From assembly GCF_009914755.1 (NCBI RefSeq), contig NC_060929.1: a stretch of 64,000 nt of DNA; one strand, given 5' to 3'. Positions 27,001-42,000 of the stretch are shown here, piece after piece. Under the pieces are notes generated by a model. The model was given only the letters and a program-made list of their open reading frames with translations. It did no database searches and was not told where the DNA came from. Numbering within the stretch: position 1 is the first letter of the stretch; every line of letters begins with the position of its first letter. A program made the translations under genes and the position numbers. The stretch comes from the human T2T-CHM13v2.0 reference genome, Homo sapiens.

Positions 27001-30000
27001 TGAGAATGCTTCTGCCTAGTGTTTATGTGAAGATATTCCCGTCTCCGATGAAGGCCTCAAAGCAGTCCAAATATCCACTTGCAGATTCTACATAAATAGT
27101 GTCTCAAAACTACTCTATGGAAAGGTATGTTCAACACTGTGAGATGAATGCAAACGTCACAAAGAAGTTGCTGAGAATGCTTCAGTCTAGTTTCCATGGG
27201 AAGACATTTCCTTTGGCACCACAGCCCTCAAAGCACTCCAAATGTCTACTTGCAGATTCGACAAAAGAGTTTTTCAAAACTGCTCTATCAAAAGAAAGGT
27301 TCAACGCTGTCAGATGAATCAACATATCACAAAAAAGTTTCTGAGAATGCCTCTATCTACTTTTTCTGTGAAGATATTCCGGTTTCCAACGAAGGCCTCA
27401 AAACGCTCCAAATATCTACTTGCAGATTCTAGAAGAAGAGTGTTTCAAAACTGCTCTATTAAAGGAAGGTTCAACTCTGTGAGTTGAATTCACACATCAC
27501 AAAGAACTTTCTGACAATGCTTCTATCTAGTTTTTATGTGAAGGTATTACTGTTTCCTATGAAGGCCTCAAAGTGGTCCGAATATCCACTTGCAGATTCT
27601 ACAAAAAGAGGTTTTCAAAACTGCTCTATGAAGAGGTATGTTCAACTCTGTGAGTTGAATGCAAACATCACAAAGTAGTTTCTGAGAATGCTTCTGTCTA
27701 GTTTTTAGGGGAAGATATCTCCATTGGCACAATAGCCCTCAAAGCGCTCCAAGTATCCACTGGCAGATTCTAGCAAAAGAGTGTTTCAAAACTGCTCTGT
27801 GAGAAGAAATGTTCAACTGTGTTAGTTGAATGCCCACATCACAAAGACGATTGTGAGAATATTTCTGTCTAGTTTTTATTAGAAGATATTCCCGTTTCCA
27901 CCAAAGGACACAAAGCGAAGCCCATTATCCGCTTGCAGACCTTACAAAAACACGTTTCAAAACTGCTCTATCAAAGGAAAGGTTCATCTCTCTGGGTTCA
28001 ACGCACACATCACAAAGATGTTTCTGAGAATGCTTCTGGCTAGTTTGTGTGTGAAGATATTCCCATTTCCAACAAAGGCTTCAAAGCGCTCCAAAGATTC
28101 ACCTGCAATTGTTCAAAAGAGTGTTTCAAAACTGTTCTATCAAAAGGAAGGTTCAACTCTGTGAGTTGAAGGCACGCTTCACATAAATGTTTCCGAGAAT
28201 GCTTCTTTCTAGTTTTTATGGGAAGATGTTTCCTTCTCCACCATAGCCCTCAAAGCGCTCCAAGTGTCCGCTGGCAGATTCCACAGAAACAGTGTTTCAA
28301 AACTGCTCTAACAAAAGAAAGATTCAACTCCGTGATTTGAATGCACACATCACAAAGCATTTTCTGTGAATCCTTCTGTCTAGTTTTTATATGAGGATAT
28401 TTCCTTTTCTACCATGGGCATCAAAGGGTTCCAATTATCCAATTGTAAATTGCACAAATAGAGAGTTATAAAACTGCTTCATGAGAAGGAAGATTCAAAT
28501 TTGGGAGTAGAATGCACACATCACGAAGAAGTTTCTGAGAATGCTTCTGTCTAGTTTATATGTGAAGATATTCCCATTTCCAGCAAAGATCTCAAAGCTG
28601 TCCAAATATCCACTTGCGGATCCCACAAACAGAGTGTTTCAAAACTGCTCTACGGAAAGGTATGTTCAACTCTGTGAGTTTACTGCAGACATCCTAAAGA
28701 AGTTTCTGAGAATGCTGCTGTCTAGTTTAATGTGAATATATTTTCTTTTCCGCCATAGCCCTCAAAGAGCTCCAAATATCCACTTTCAGATTCTACAGAG
28801 TGTTTCAAAACTGCTCTATCAAAAAAAAGTTTCAACTCGGTGAGTCGAATGCACATATCACAAAGCAGTTTCTGAGAATGCTTTCGTCTATTTTTCCAAG
28901 GAAGATATTTCCTTTTTGACCAGAGGCCTCAAATCGCTCCAGATATCCACATGCAGATTCTACAAAAAGAGTGTTTCCAAACTGCCCTATCAAAAGGAAG
29001 ATTCAACTCTGGTAGTTGAATGCAAACATCACAAAGAAGTTTCTCAGAATGCTTCTATCTAGTTTTTAGAGGCAGATATTTCTTTTTCTACCATAGGCCT
29101 CAAAGCGCTCCAAATATCCACTTGCAGATTCTCCAAAAACAGTGTTTCAAAACTGCTCCATAAAAAGGAAGGTTCAACTCTATGAGTTGAATGGACAGAT
29201 CACAAAGTAGTTTCTGAGAATGCTTCTGCCTAGTGTTTATGTGAAGATATTCCCGTCTCCGATGAAGGCCTCAAAGCAGTCCAAATATCCGCTTGCAGAT
29301 TCTACAAAAATAGTGTCTCAAAACTACTCTATGGAAAGGTATGTTCAACACTGTGAGATGAATGCAAACGTCACAAAGAAGTTGCTGAGAATGCTTCAGT
29401 CTAGTTTCCATGGGAAGACATTTCCTTTGGCACCACAGACCTCAAAGCACTCCAAATGTCTACTTGCAGATTCGACAAAAGAGTTTTTCAAAACTGCTCT
29501 ATCAAAAGAAAGGTTCAACGCTGTCAGATGAATCAACATATCACAAAAAAGTTTCTGAGAATGCCTCTATCTACTTTTTCTGTGAAGATATTCCGGTTTC
29601 CAACGAAGGCCTCAAAGCGCTCCAAATATCTACTTGCAGATTCTAGAAGAAGAGTGTTTCAAAACTGCTCTATTAAAGGAAGGTTCAACTCTGTGAGTTG
29701 AATTCACACATCACAAAGAACTTTCTGACAATGCTTCTATCTAGTTTTTATGTGAAGGTATTACTGTTTCCTATGAAGGCCTCAAAGTGGTCCGAATATC
29801 CACTTGCAGATTCTACAAAAAGAGGTTTTCAAAACTGCTCTATGAAGAGGTATGTTCAACTCTGTGAGTTGAATGCAAACATCACAAAGTAGTTTCTGAG
29901 AATGCTTCTGTCTAGTTTTTAGGGGAAGATATCTCCATTGGCACAATAGCCCTCAAAGCGCTCCAAGTATCCACTGGCAGATTCTAGCAAAAGAGTGTTT

Positions 30001-33000
30001 CAAAACTGCTCTGTGAGAAGAAATGTTCAACTGTGTTAGTTGAATGCCCACATCACAAAGACGATTGTGAGAATATTTCTGTCTAGTTTTTATTAGAAGA
30101 TATTCCCGTTTCCACCAAAGGACACAAAGCGAAGCCCATTATCCGCTTGCAGACCTTACAAAAACACGTTTCAAAACTGCTCTATCAAAGGAAAGGTTCA
30201 TCTCTCTGGGTTCAACGCACACATCACAAAGAAGTTTCTGAGAATGCTTCTGGCTAGTTTGTGTGTGAAGATATTCCCATTTCCAACAAAGGCTTCAAAG
30301 CGCTCCAAAGATTCACCTGCAATTGTTCAAAAGAGTGTTTCAAAACTGTTCTATCAAAAGGAAGGTTCAACTCTGTGAGTTGAAGGCACGCTTCACATAA
30401 ATGTTTCCGAGAATGCTTCTTTCTAGTTTTTATGGGAAGATGTTTCCTTCTCCACCATAGCCCTCAAAGCGCTCCAAGTGTCCGCTGGCAGATTCCACAG
30501 AAACAGTGTTTCAAAACTGCTCTAACAAAAGAAAGATTCAACTCCGTGATTTGAATGCACACATCACAAAGCATTTTCTGTGAATCCTTCTGTCTAGTTT
30601 TTATATGAGGATATTTCCTTTTCTACCATGGGCATCAAAGGGTTCCAATTATCCAATTGTAGATTGCACAAATAGAGAGTTTCAAAACTGCTTCATGAGA
30701 AGGAAGATTCAAATTTGGGAGTAGAATGCGCACATCACGAAGAAGTTTCTGAGAATGCTTCTGTCTAGTTTATATGTGAAGATATTCCCATTTCCAGCAA
30801 AGATCTCAAAGCTGTCCAAATATCCACTTGCGGATCCCACAAACAGAGTGTTTCAAAACTGCTCTATGGAAAGGTATGTTCAACTCTGTGAGTTTACTGC
30901 AGACATCCTAAAGAAGTTTCTGAGAATGCTGCTGTCTAGTTTAATGTGAATATATTTTCTTTTCCGCCATAGCCCTCAAAGAGCTCCAAATATCCACTTT
31001 CAGATTCTACAGAGTGTTTCAAAACTGCTCTATCAAAAAAAAGTTTCAACTCGGTGAGTCGAATGCACATATCACAAAGCAGTTTCTGAGAATGCTTTCG
31101 TCTATTTTTCCCAGGAAGATATTTCCTTTTTGACCATAGGCCTCAAATCGCTCCAGATATCCACATGCAGATTCTACAAAAAGAGTGTTTCCAAACTGCC
31201 CTATCAAAAGGAAGATTCAACTCTGGTAGTTGAATGCAAACATCACAAAGAAGTTTCTCAGAATGCTTCTGTCTAGTTTTTAGAGGCAGATATTTCTTTT
31301 TCTACCATAGGCCTCAAAGCGCTCCAAATATCCACTTGCAGATTCTCCAAAAACAGTGTTTCAAAACTGCTCCATAAAAAGGAAGGTTCAACTCTGTGAG
31401 TTGAATGGACAGATCACAAAGTAGTTTCTGAGAATGCTTCTGCCTAGTGTTTATGTGAAGATATTCCCGTCTCCGATGAAGGCCTCAAAGCAGTCCAAAT
31501 ATCCGCTTGCAGATTCTACAAAAATAGTGTCTCAAAACTACTCTATGGAAAGGTATGTTCAACACTGTGAGATGAATGCAAACGTCACAAAGAAGTTGCT
31601 GAGAATGCTTCAGTCTAGTTTCCATGGGAAGACATTTCCTTTGGCACCACAGCCCTCAAAGCACTCCAAATGTCTACTTGCAGATTCGACAAAAGAGTTT
31701 TTCAAAACTGCTCTATCAAAAGAAAGGTTCAACGCTGTCAGATGAATCAACATATCACAAAAAAGTTTCTGAGAATGCCTCTATCTACTTTTTCTGTGAA
31801 GATATTCCGGTTTCCAACGAAGGCCTCAAAGCGCTCCAAATATCTACTTGCAGATTCTAGAAGAAGAGTGTTTCAAAACTGCTCTATTAAAGGAAGGTTC
31901 AACTCTGTGAGTTGAATTCACACATCACAAAGAACTTTCTGACAATGCTTCTATCTAGTTTTTACGTGAAGGTATTACTGTTTCCTATGAAGGCCTTAAA
32001 GTGGTCTGAATATCCACTTGCAGATTCTACAAAAAGAGGATTTCAAAACTGCTCTATGAAGAGGTATGTTCAACTCTGTGAGTTGAATGCAAACATCACA
32101 AAGTAGTTTCTGAGAATGCTTCTGTCTAGTTTTTAGGGGAAGATATCTCCATTGGCACAATAGCCCTCAAAGTGCTCCAAGTATCCACTGGCAGATTCTA
32201 GCAAAAGAGTGTTTCAAAACTGCTCTGTGAGAAGAAATGTTCAACTGTGTTAGTTGAATGCCCACATCACAAAGACGATTGTGAGAATATTTCTGTCTAG
32301 TTTTTATTAGAAGATATTCCCGTTTCCACCAAAGGACACAAAGCGAAGCCCATTATCCGCTTGCAGACCTTACAAAAACACGTTTCAAAACTGCTCTATC
32401 AAAGGAAAGGTTCATCTCTCTGGGTTCAACGCACACATCACAAAGAAGTTTCTGAGAATGCTTCTGGCTAGTTTGTGTGTGAAGATATTCCCATTTCCAA
32501 CAAAGGCTTCAAAGCGCTCCAAAGATTCACCTGCAATTGTTCAAAAGAGTGTTTCAAAACTGTTCTATCAAAAGGAAGGTTCAACTCTGTGAGTTGAAGG
32601 CACGCTTCACATAAATGTTTCCGAGAATGCTTCTTTCTAGTTTTTATGGGAAGATGTTTCCTTCTCCACCATAGCCCTCAAAGCGCTCCAAGTGTCCGCT
32701 GGCAGATTCCACAGAAACAGTGTTTCAAAACTGCTCTAACAAAAGAAAGATTCAACTCCGTGATTTGAATGCACACATCACAAAGCATTTTCTGTGAATC
32801 CTTCTGTCTAGTTTTTATATGAGGATATTTCCTTTTCTACCATGGGCATCAAAGGGTTCCAATTATCCAATTGTAGATTGCACAAATAGAGTGTTTCAAA
32901 ACTGCTTCATGAGAAGGAAGATTCAAATTTGGGAGTAGAATGCACACATCACGAAGAAGTTTCTGAGAATGCTTCTGTCTAGTTTATATGTGAAGATATT

Positions 33001-36000
33001 CCCATTTCCAGCAAAGATCTCAAAGCTGTCCAAATATCCACTTGCGGATCCCACAAACAGAGTGTTTCAAAACTGCTCTACAGAAAGGTATGTTCAACTC
33101 TGTGAGTTTACTGCAGACATCCTAAAGAAGTTTCTGAGAATGCTGCTGTCTAGTTTAATGTGAATATATTTTCTTTTCCGCCATAGCCCTCAAAGAGCTC
33201 CAAATATCCACTTTCAGATTCTACAGAGTGTTTCAAAACTGCTCTATCAAAAAAAAGTTTCAACTCGGTGAGTCGAATGCACATATCACAAAGCAGTTTC
33301 TGAGAATGCTTTCGTCTATTTTTCCCAGGAAGATATTTCCTTTTTGACCATAGGCCTCAAATCGCTCCAGATATCCACATGCAGATTCTACAAAAAGAGT
33401 GTTTCCAAACTGCCCTATCAAAAGGAAGATTCAACTCTGGTAGTTGAATGCAAACATCACAAAGAAGTTTCTCAGAATGCTTCTGTCTAGTTTTTAGAGG
33501 CAGATATTTCTTTTTCTACCATAGGCCTCAAAGCGCTCCAAATATCCACTTGCAGATTCTCCAAAAACAGTGTTTCAAAACTGCTCCATAAAAAGGAAGA
33601 TTCAACTCTGTGAGTTGAATGGACAGATCACAAAGTAGTTTCTGAGAATGCTTCTGCCTAGTGTTTATGTGAAGATATTCCCGTCTCCGATGAAGGCCTC
33701 AAAGCAGTCCAAATATCCACTTGCAGATTCTACAAAAATAGTGTCTCAAAACTACTCTATGGAAAGGTATGTTCAACACTGTGAGATGAATGCAAACGTC
33801 ACAAAGAAGTTGCTGAGAATGCTTCAGTCTAGTTTCCATGGGAAGACATTTCCTTTGGCACCACAGCCCTCAAAGCACTCCAAATGTCTACTTGCAGATT
33901 CGACAAAAGAGTTTTTCAAAACTGCTCTATCAAAAGAAAGGTTCAACGCTGTCAGATGAATCAACATATCACAAAAAAGTTTCTGAGAATGCCTCTATCT
34001 ACTTTTTCTGTGAAGATATTCCGGTTTCCAACGAAGGCCTCAAAACGCTCCAAATATCTACTTGCAGATTCTAGAAGAAGAGTGTTTCAAAACTGCTCTA
34101 TTAAAGGAAGGTTCAACTCTGTGAGTTGAATTCACACATCACAAAGAACTTTCTGACAATGCTTCTATCTAGTTTTTATGTGAAGGTATTACTGTTTCCT
34201 ATGAAGGCCTCAAAGTGGTCCGAATATCCACTTGCAGATTCTACAAAAAGAGGTTTTCAAAACTGCTCTATGAAGAGGTATGTTCAACTCTGTGAGTTGA
34301 ATGCAAACATCACAAAGTAGTTTCTGAGAATGCTTCTGTCTAGTTTTTAGGGGAAGATATCTCCATTGGCACAATAGCCCTCAAAGCGCTCCAAGTATCC
34401 ACTGGCAGATTCTAGCAAAAGAGTGTTTCAAAACTGCTCTGTGAGAAGAAATGTTCAACTGTGTTAGTTGAATGCCCACATCACAAAGACGATTGTGAGA
34501 ATATTTCTGTCTAGTTTTTATTAGAAGATATTCCCGTTTCCACCAAAGGACACAAAGCGAAGCCCATTATCCGCTTGCAGACCTTACAAAAACACGTTTC
34601 AAAACTGCTCTATCAAAGGAAAGGTTCATCTCTCTGGGTTCAACGCACACATCACAAAGATGTTTCTGAGAATGCTTCTGGCTAGTTTGTGTGTGAAGAT
34701 ATTCCCATTTCCAACAAAGGCTTCAAAGCGCTCCAAAGATTCACCTGCAATTGTTCAAAAGAGTGTTTCAAAACTGTTCTATCAAAAGGAAGGTTCAACT
34801 CTGTGAGTTGAAGGCACGCTTCACATAAATGTTTCCGAGAATGCTTCTTTCTAGTTTTTATGGGAAGATGTTTCCTTCTCCACCATAGCCCTCAAAGCGC
34901 TCCAAGTGTCCGCTGGCAGATTCCACAGAAACAGTGTTTCAAAACTGCTCTAACAAAAGAAAGATTCAACTCCGTGATTTGAATGCACACATCACAAAGC
35001 ATTTTCTGTGAATCCTTCTGTCTAGTTTTTATATGAGGATATTTCCTTTTCTACCATGGGCATCAAAGGGTTCCAATTATCCAATTGTAAATTGCACAAA
35101 TAGAGAGTTATAAAACTGCTTCATGAGAAGGAAGATTCAAATTTGGGAGTAGAATGCACACATCACGAAGAAGTTTCTGAGAATGCTTCTGTCTAGTTTA
35201 TATGTGAAGATATTCCCATTTCCAGCAAAGATCTCAAAGCTGTCCAAATATCCACTTGCGGATCCCACAAACAGAGTGTTTCAAAACTGCTCTACGGAAA
35301 GGTATGTTCAACTCTGTGAGTTTACTGCAGACATCCTAAAGAAGTTTCTGAGAATGCTGCTGTCTAGTTTAATGTGAATATATTTTCTTTTCCGCCATAG
35401 CCCTCAAAGAGCTCCAAATATCCACTTTCAGATTCTACAGAGTGTTTCAAAACTGCTCTATCAAAAAAAAGTTTCAACTCGGTGAGTCGAATGCACATAT
35501 CACAAAGCAGTTTCTGAGAATGCTTTCGTCTATTTTTCCAAGGAAGATATTTCCTTTTTGACCAGAGGCCTCAAATCGCTCCAGATATCCACATGCAGAT
35601 TCTACAAAAAGAGTGTTTCCAAACTGCCCTATCAAAAGGAAGATTCAACTCTGGTAGTTGAATGCAAACATCACAAAGAAGTTTCTCAGAATGCTTCTAT
35701 CTAGTTTTTAGAGGCAGATATTTCTTTTTCTACCATAGGCCTCAAAGCGCTCCAAATATCCACTTGCAGATTCTCCAAAAACAGTGTTTCAAAACTGCTC
35801 CATAAAAAGGAAGGTTCAACTCTGTGAATTGAATGGACAGATCACAAAGTAGTTTCTGAGAATGCTTCTGCCTAGTGTTTATGTGAAGATATTCCCGTCT
35901 CCGATGAAGGCCTCAAAGCAGTCCAAATATCCGCTTGCAGATTCTACAAAAATAGTGTCTCAAAACTACTCTATGGAAAGGTATGTTCAACACTGTGAGA

Positions 36001-39000
36001 TGAATGCAAACGTCACAAAGAAGTTGCTGAGAATGCTTCAGTCTAGTTTCCATGGGAAGACATTTCCTTTGGCACCACAGACCTCAAAGCACTCCAAATG
36101 TCTACTTGCAGATTCGACAAAAGAGTTTTTCAAAACTGCTCTATCAAAAGAAAGGTTCAACGCTGTCAGATGAATCAACATATCACAAAAAAGTTTCTGA
36201 GAATGCCTCTATCTACTTTTTCTGTGAAGATATTCCGGTTTCCAACGAAGGCCTCAAAGCGCTCCAAATATCTACTTGCAGATTCTAGAAGAAGAGTGTT
36301 TCAAAACTGCTCTATTAAAGGAAGGTTCAACTCTGTGAGTTGAATTCACACATCACAAAGAACTTTCTGACAATGCTTCTATCTAGTTTTTATGTGAAGG
36401 TATTACTGTTTCCTATGAAGGCCTCAAAGTGGTCCGAATATCCACTTGCAGATTCTACAAAAAGAGGTTTTCAAAACTGCTCTATGAAGAGGTATGTTCA
36501 ACTCTGTGAGTTGAATGCAAACATCACAAAGTAGTTTCTGAGAATGCTTCTGTCTAGTTTTTAGGGGAAGATATCTCCATTGGCACAATAGCCCTCAAAG
36601 CGCTCCAAGTATCCACTGGCAGATTCTAGCAAAAGAGTGTTTCAAAACTGCTCTGTGAGAAGAAATGTTCAACTGTGTTAGTTGAATGCCCACATCACAA
36701 AGACGATTGTGAGAATATTTCTGTCTAGTTTTTATTAGAAGATATTCCCGTTTCCACCAAAGGACACAAAGCGAAGCCCATTATCCGCTTGCAGACCTTA
36801 CAAAAACACGTTTCAAAACTGCTCTATCAAAGGAAAGGTTCATCTCTCTGGGTTCAACGCACACATCACAAAGAAGTTTCTGAGAATGCTTCTGGCTAGT
36901 TTGTGTGTGAAGATATTCCCATTTCCAACAAAGGCTTCAAAGCGCTCCAAAGATTCACCTGCAATTGTTCAAAAGAGTGTTTCAAAACTGTTCTATCAAA
37001 AGGAAGGTTCAACTCTGTGAGTTGAAGGCACGCTTCACATAAATGTTTCCGAGAATGCTTCTTTCTAGTTTTTATGGGAAGATGTTTCCTTCTCCACCAT
37101 AGCCCTCAAAGCGCTCCAAGTGTCCGCTGGCAGATTCCACAGAAACAGTGTTTCAAAACTGCTCTAACAAAAGAAAGATTCAACTCCGTGATTTGAATGC
37201 ACACATCACAAAGCATTTTCTGTGAATCCTTCTGTCTAGTTTTTATATGAGGATATTTCCTTTTCTACCATGGGCATCAAAGGGTTCCAATTATCCAATT
37301 GTAGATTGCACAAATAGAGAGTTTCAAAACTGCTTCATGAGAAGGAAGATTCAAATTTGGGAGTACAATGCGCACATCACGAAGAAGTTTCTGAGAATGC
37401 TTCTGTCTAGTTTATATGTGAAGATATTCCCATTTCCAGCAAAGATCTCAAAGCTGTCCAAATATCCACTTGCGGATCCCACAAACAGAGTGTTTCAAAA
37501 CTGCTCTATGGAAAGGTATGTTCAACTCTGTGAGTTTACTGCAGACATCCTAAAGAAGTTTCTGAGAATGCTGCTGTCTAGTTTAATGTGAATATATTTT
37601 CTTTTCCGCCATAGCCCTCAAAGAGCTCCAAATATCCACTTTCAGATTCTACAGAGTGTTTCAAAACTGCTCTATCAAAAAAAAGTTTCAACTCGGTGAG
37701 TCGAATGCACATATCACAAAGCAGTTTCTGAGAATGCTTTCGTCTATTTTTCCCAGGAAGATATTTCCTTTTTGACCATAGGCCTCAAATCGCTCCAGAT
37801 ATCCACATGCAGATTCTACAAAAAGAGTGTTTCCAAACTGCCCTATCAAAAGGAAGATTCAACTCTGGTAGTTGAATGCAAACATCACAAAGAAGTTTCT
37901 CAGAATGCTTCTGTCTAGTTTTTAGAGGCAGATATTTCTTTTTCTACCATAGGCCTCAAAGCGCTCCAAATATCCACTTGCAGATTCTCCAAAAACAGTG
38001 TTTCAAAACTGCTCCATAAAAAGGAAGGTTCAACTCTGTGAGTTGAATGGACAGATCACAAAGTAGTTTCTGAGAATGCTTCTGCCTAGTGTTTATGTGA
38101 AGATATTCCCGTCTCCGATGAAGGCCTCAAAGCAGTCCAAATATCCACTTGCAGATTCTACAAAAATAGTGTCTCAAAACTACTCTATGGAAAGGTATGT
38201 TCAACACTGTGAGATGAATGCAAACGTCACAAAGAAGTTGCTGAGAATGCTTCAGTCTAGTTTCCATGGGAAGACATTTCCTTTGGCACCACAGCCCTCA
38301 AAGCACTCCAAATGTCTACTTGCAGATTCGACAAAAGAGTTTTTCAAAACTGCTCTATCAAAAGAAAGGTTCAACGCTGTCAGATGAATCAACATATCAC
38401 AAAAAAGTTTCTGAGAATGCCTCTATCTACTTTTTCTGTGAAGATATTCCGGTTTCCAACGAAGGCCTCAAAGCGCTCCAAATATCTACTTGCAGATTCT
38501 AGAAGAAGAGTGTTTCAAAACTGCTCTATTAAAGGAAGGTTCAACTCTGTGAGTTGAATTCACACATCACAAAGAACTTTCTGACAATGCTTCTATCTAG
38601 TTTTTATGTGAAGGTATTACTGTTTCCTATGAAGGCCTCAAAGTGGTCCGAATATCCACTTGCAGATTCTACAAAAAGAGGTTTTCAAAACTGCTCTATG
38701 AAGAGGTATGTTCAACTCTGTGAGTTGAATGCAAACATCACAAAGTAGTTTCTGAGAATGCTTCTGTCTAGTTTTTAGGGGAAGATATCTCCATTGGCAC
38801 AATAGCCCTCAAAGCGCTCCAAGTATCCACTGGCAGATTCTAGCAAAAGAGTGTTTCAAAACTGCTCTGTGAGAAGAAATGTTCAACTGTGTTAGTTGAA
38901 TGCCCACATCACAAAGACGATTGTGAGAATATTTCTGTCTAGTTTTTATTAGAAGATATTCCCGTTTCCACCAAAGGACACAAAGCGAAGCCCATTATCC

Positions 39001-42000
39001 GCTTGCAGACCTTACAAAAACACGTTTCAAAACTGCTCTATCAAAGGAAAGGTTCATCTCTCTGGGTTCAACGCACACATCACAAAGAAGTTTCTGAGAA
39101 TGCTTCTGGCTAGTTTGTGTGTGAAGATATTCCCATTTCCAACAAAGGCTTCAAAGCGCTCCAAAGATTCACCTGCAATTGTTCAAAAGAGTGTTTCAAA
39201 ACTGTTCTATCAAAAGGAAGGTTCAACTCTGTGAGTTGAAGGCACGCTTCACATAAATGTTTCCGAGAATGCTTCTTTCTAGTTTTTATGGGAAGATGTT
39301 TCCTTCTCCACCATAGCCCTCAAAGCGCTCCAAGTGTCCGCTGGCAGATTCCACAGAAACAGTGTTTCAAAACTGCTCTAACAAAAGAAAGATTCAACTC
39401 CGTGATTTGAATGCACACATCACAAAGCATTTTCTGTGAATCCTTCTGTCTAGTTTTTATATGAGGATATTTCCTTTTCTACCATGGGCATCAAAGGTTT
39501 CCAATTATCCAATTGTAGATTGCACAAATAGAGAGTTATAAAACTGCTTCATGAGAAGGAAGATTCAAATTTGGGAGTAGAATGCACACATCACGAAGAA
39601 GTTTCTGAGAATGCTTCTGTCTAGTTTATATGTGAAGATATTCCCATTTCCAGCAAAGATCTCAAAGCTGTCCAAATATCCACTTGCGGATCCCACAAAC
39701 AGAGTGTTTCAAAACTGCTCTACGGAAAGGTATGTTCAACTCTGTGAGTTTACTGCAGACATCCTAAAGAAGTTTCTGAGAATGCTGCTGTCTAGTTTAA
39801 TGTGAATATATTTTCTTTTCCGCCATAGCCCTCAAAGAGCTCCAAATATCCACTTTCAGATTCTACAGAGTGTTTCAAAACTGCTCTATCAAAAAAAAGT
39901 TTCAACTCGGTGAGTCGAATGCACATATCACAAAGCAGTTTCTGAGAATGCTTTCGTCTATTTTTCCCAGGAAGATATTTCCTTTTTGACCATAGGCCTC
40001 AAATCGCTCCAGATATCCACATGCAGATTCTACAAAAAGAGTGTTTCCAAACTGCCCTATCAAAAGGAAGATTCAACTCTGGTAGTTGAATGCAAACATC
40101 ACAAAGAAGTTTCTCAGAATGCTTCTGTCTAGTTTTTAGAGGCAGATATTTCTTTTTCTACCATAGGCCTCAAAGCGCTCCAAATATCCACTTGCAGATT
40201 CTCCAAAAACAGTGTTTCAAAACTGCTCCATAAAAAGGAAGGTTCAACTCTGTGAGTTGAATGGACAGATCACAAAGTAGTTTCTGAGAATGCTTCTGCC
40301 TAGTGTTTATGTGAAGATATTCCCGTTTCCGATGAAGGCCTCAAAGCAGTCCAAATATCCGCTTGCAGATTCTACAAAAATAGTGTCTCAAAACTACTCT
40401 ATGGAAAGGTATGTTCAACACTGTGAGATGAATGCAAACGTCACAAAGAAGTTGCTGAGAATGCTTCAGTCTAGTTTCCATGGGAAGACATTTCCTTTGG
40501 CACCACAGCCTTCAAAGCACTCCAAATGTCTACTTGCAGATTCGACAAAAGAGTTTTTCAAAACTGCTCTATCAAAAGAAAGGTTCAACGCTGTCAGATG
40601 AATCAACATATCACAAAAAATTTCTGAGAATGCCTCTATCTACTTTTTATGTGAAGATATTCCGGTTTCCAACGAAGGCCTCAAAGCGCTCCAAATATCT
40701 ACTTGCAGATTCTAGAAGAAGAGTGTTTCAAAACTGCTCTATTAAAGGAAGGTTCAACTCTGTGAGTTGAATTCACACATCACAAAGAACTTTCTGACAA
40801 TGCTTCTATCTAGTTTTTATGTGAAGGTATTACTGTTTCCTATGAAGGCCTCAAAGTGGTCCGAATATCCACTTGCAGATTCTACAAAAAGAGGTTTCCA
40901 AAACTGCTCTATGAAGAGGTATGTTCAACTCTGTGAGTTGAATGCAAACATCACAAAGTAGTTTCTGAGAATGCTTCTGTCTAGTTTTTAGGGGAAGATA
41001 TCTCCATTGGCACAATAGCCCTCAAAGCGCTCCAAGTGTCCACTGGCAGATTCTAGCAAAAGAGTGTTTCAAAACTGCTCTGTGAGAAGAAATGTTCAAC
41101 TGTGTTAGTTGAATGCCCACATCACAAAGACGATTGTGAGAATATTTCTGTCTAGTTTTTATTAGAAGATATTCCCGTTTCCACCAAAGGACACAAAGCG
41201 AAGCCCATTATCCGCTTGCAGACCTTACAAAAACACGTTTCAAAACTGCTCTATCAAAGGAAAGGTTCATCTCTCTGGGTTCAACGCACACATCACAAAG
41301 AAGTTTCTGAGAATGCTTCTGGCTAGTTTGTGTGTGAAGATATTCCCATTTCCAACAAAGGCTTCAAAGCGCTCCAAAGATTCACCTGCAATTGTTCAAA
41401 AGAGTGTTTCAAAACTGTTCTATCAAAAGGAAGGTTCAACTCTGTGAGTTGAAGGCACGCTTCACATAAATGTTTCCGAGAATGCTTCTTTCTAGTTTTT
41501 ATGGGAAGATGTTTCCTTCTCCACCATAGCCCTCAAAGCGCTCCAAGTGTCCGCTGGCAGATTCCACAGAAACAGTGTTTCAAAACTGCTCTAACAAAAG
41601 AAAGATTCAACTCCGTGATTTGAATGCACACATCACAAAGCATTTTCTGTGAATCCTTCTGTCTAGTTTTTATATGAGGATATTTCCTTTTCTACCATGG
41701 GCATCAAAGGGTTCCAATTATCCAATTGTAGATTGCACAAATAGAGAGTTATAAAACTGCTTCATGAAAAGGAAGATTCAAATTTGGGAGTAGAATGCAC
41801 ACATCACGAAGAAGTTTCTGAGAATGCTTCTGTCTAGTTTATATGTGAAGATATTCCCATTTCCAGCAAAGATCTCAAAGCTGTCCAAATATCCACTTGC
41901 GGATCCCACAAACAGAGTGTTTCAAAACTGCTCTACGGAAAGGTATGTTCAACTCTGTGAGTTTACTGCAGACATCCTAAAGAAGTTTCTGAGAATGCTG

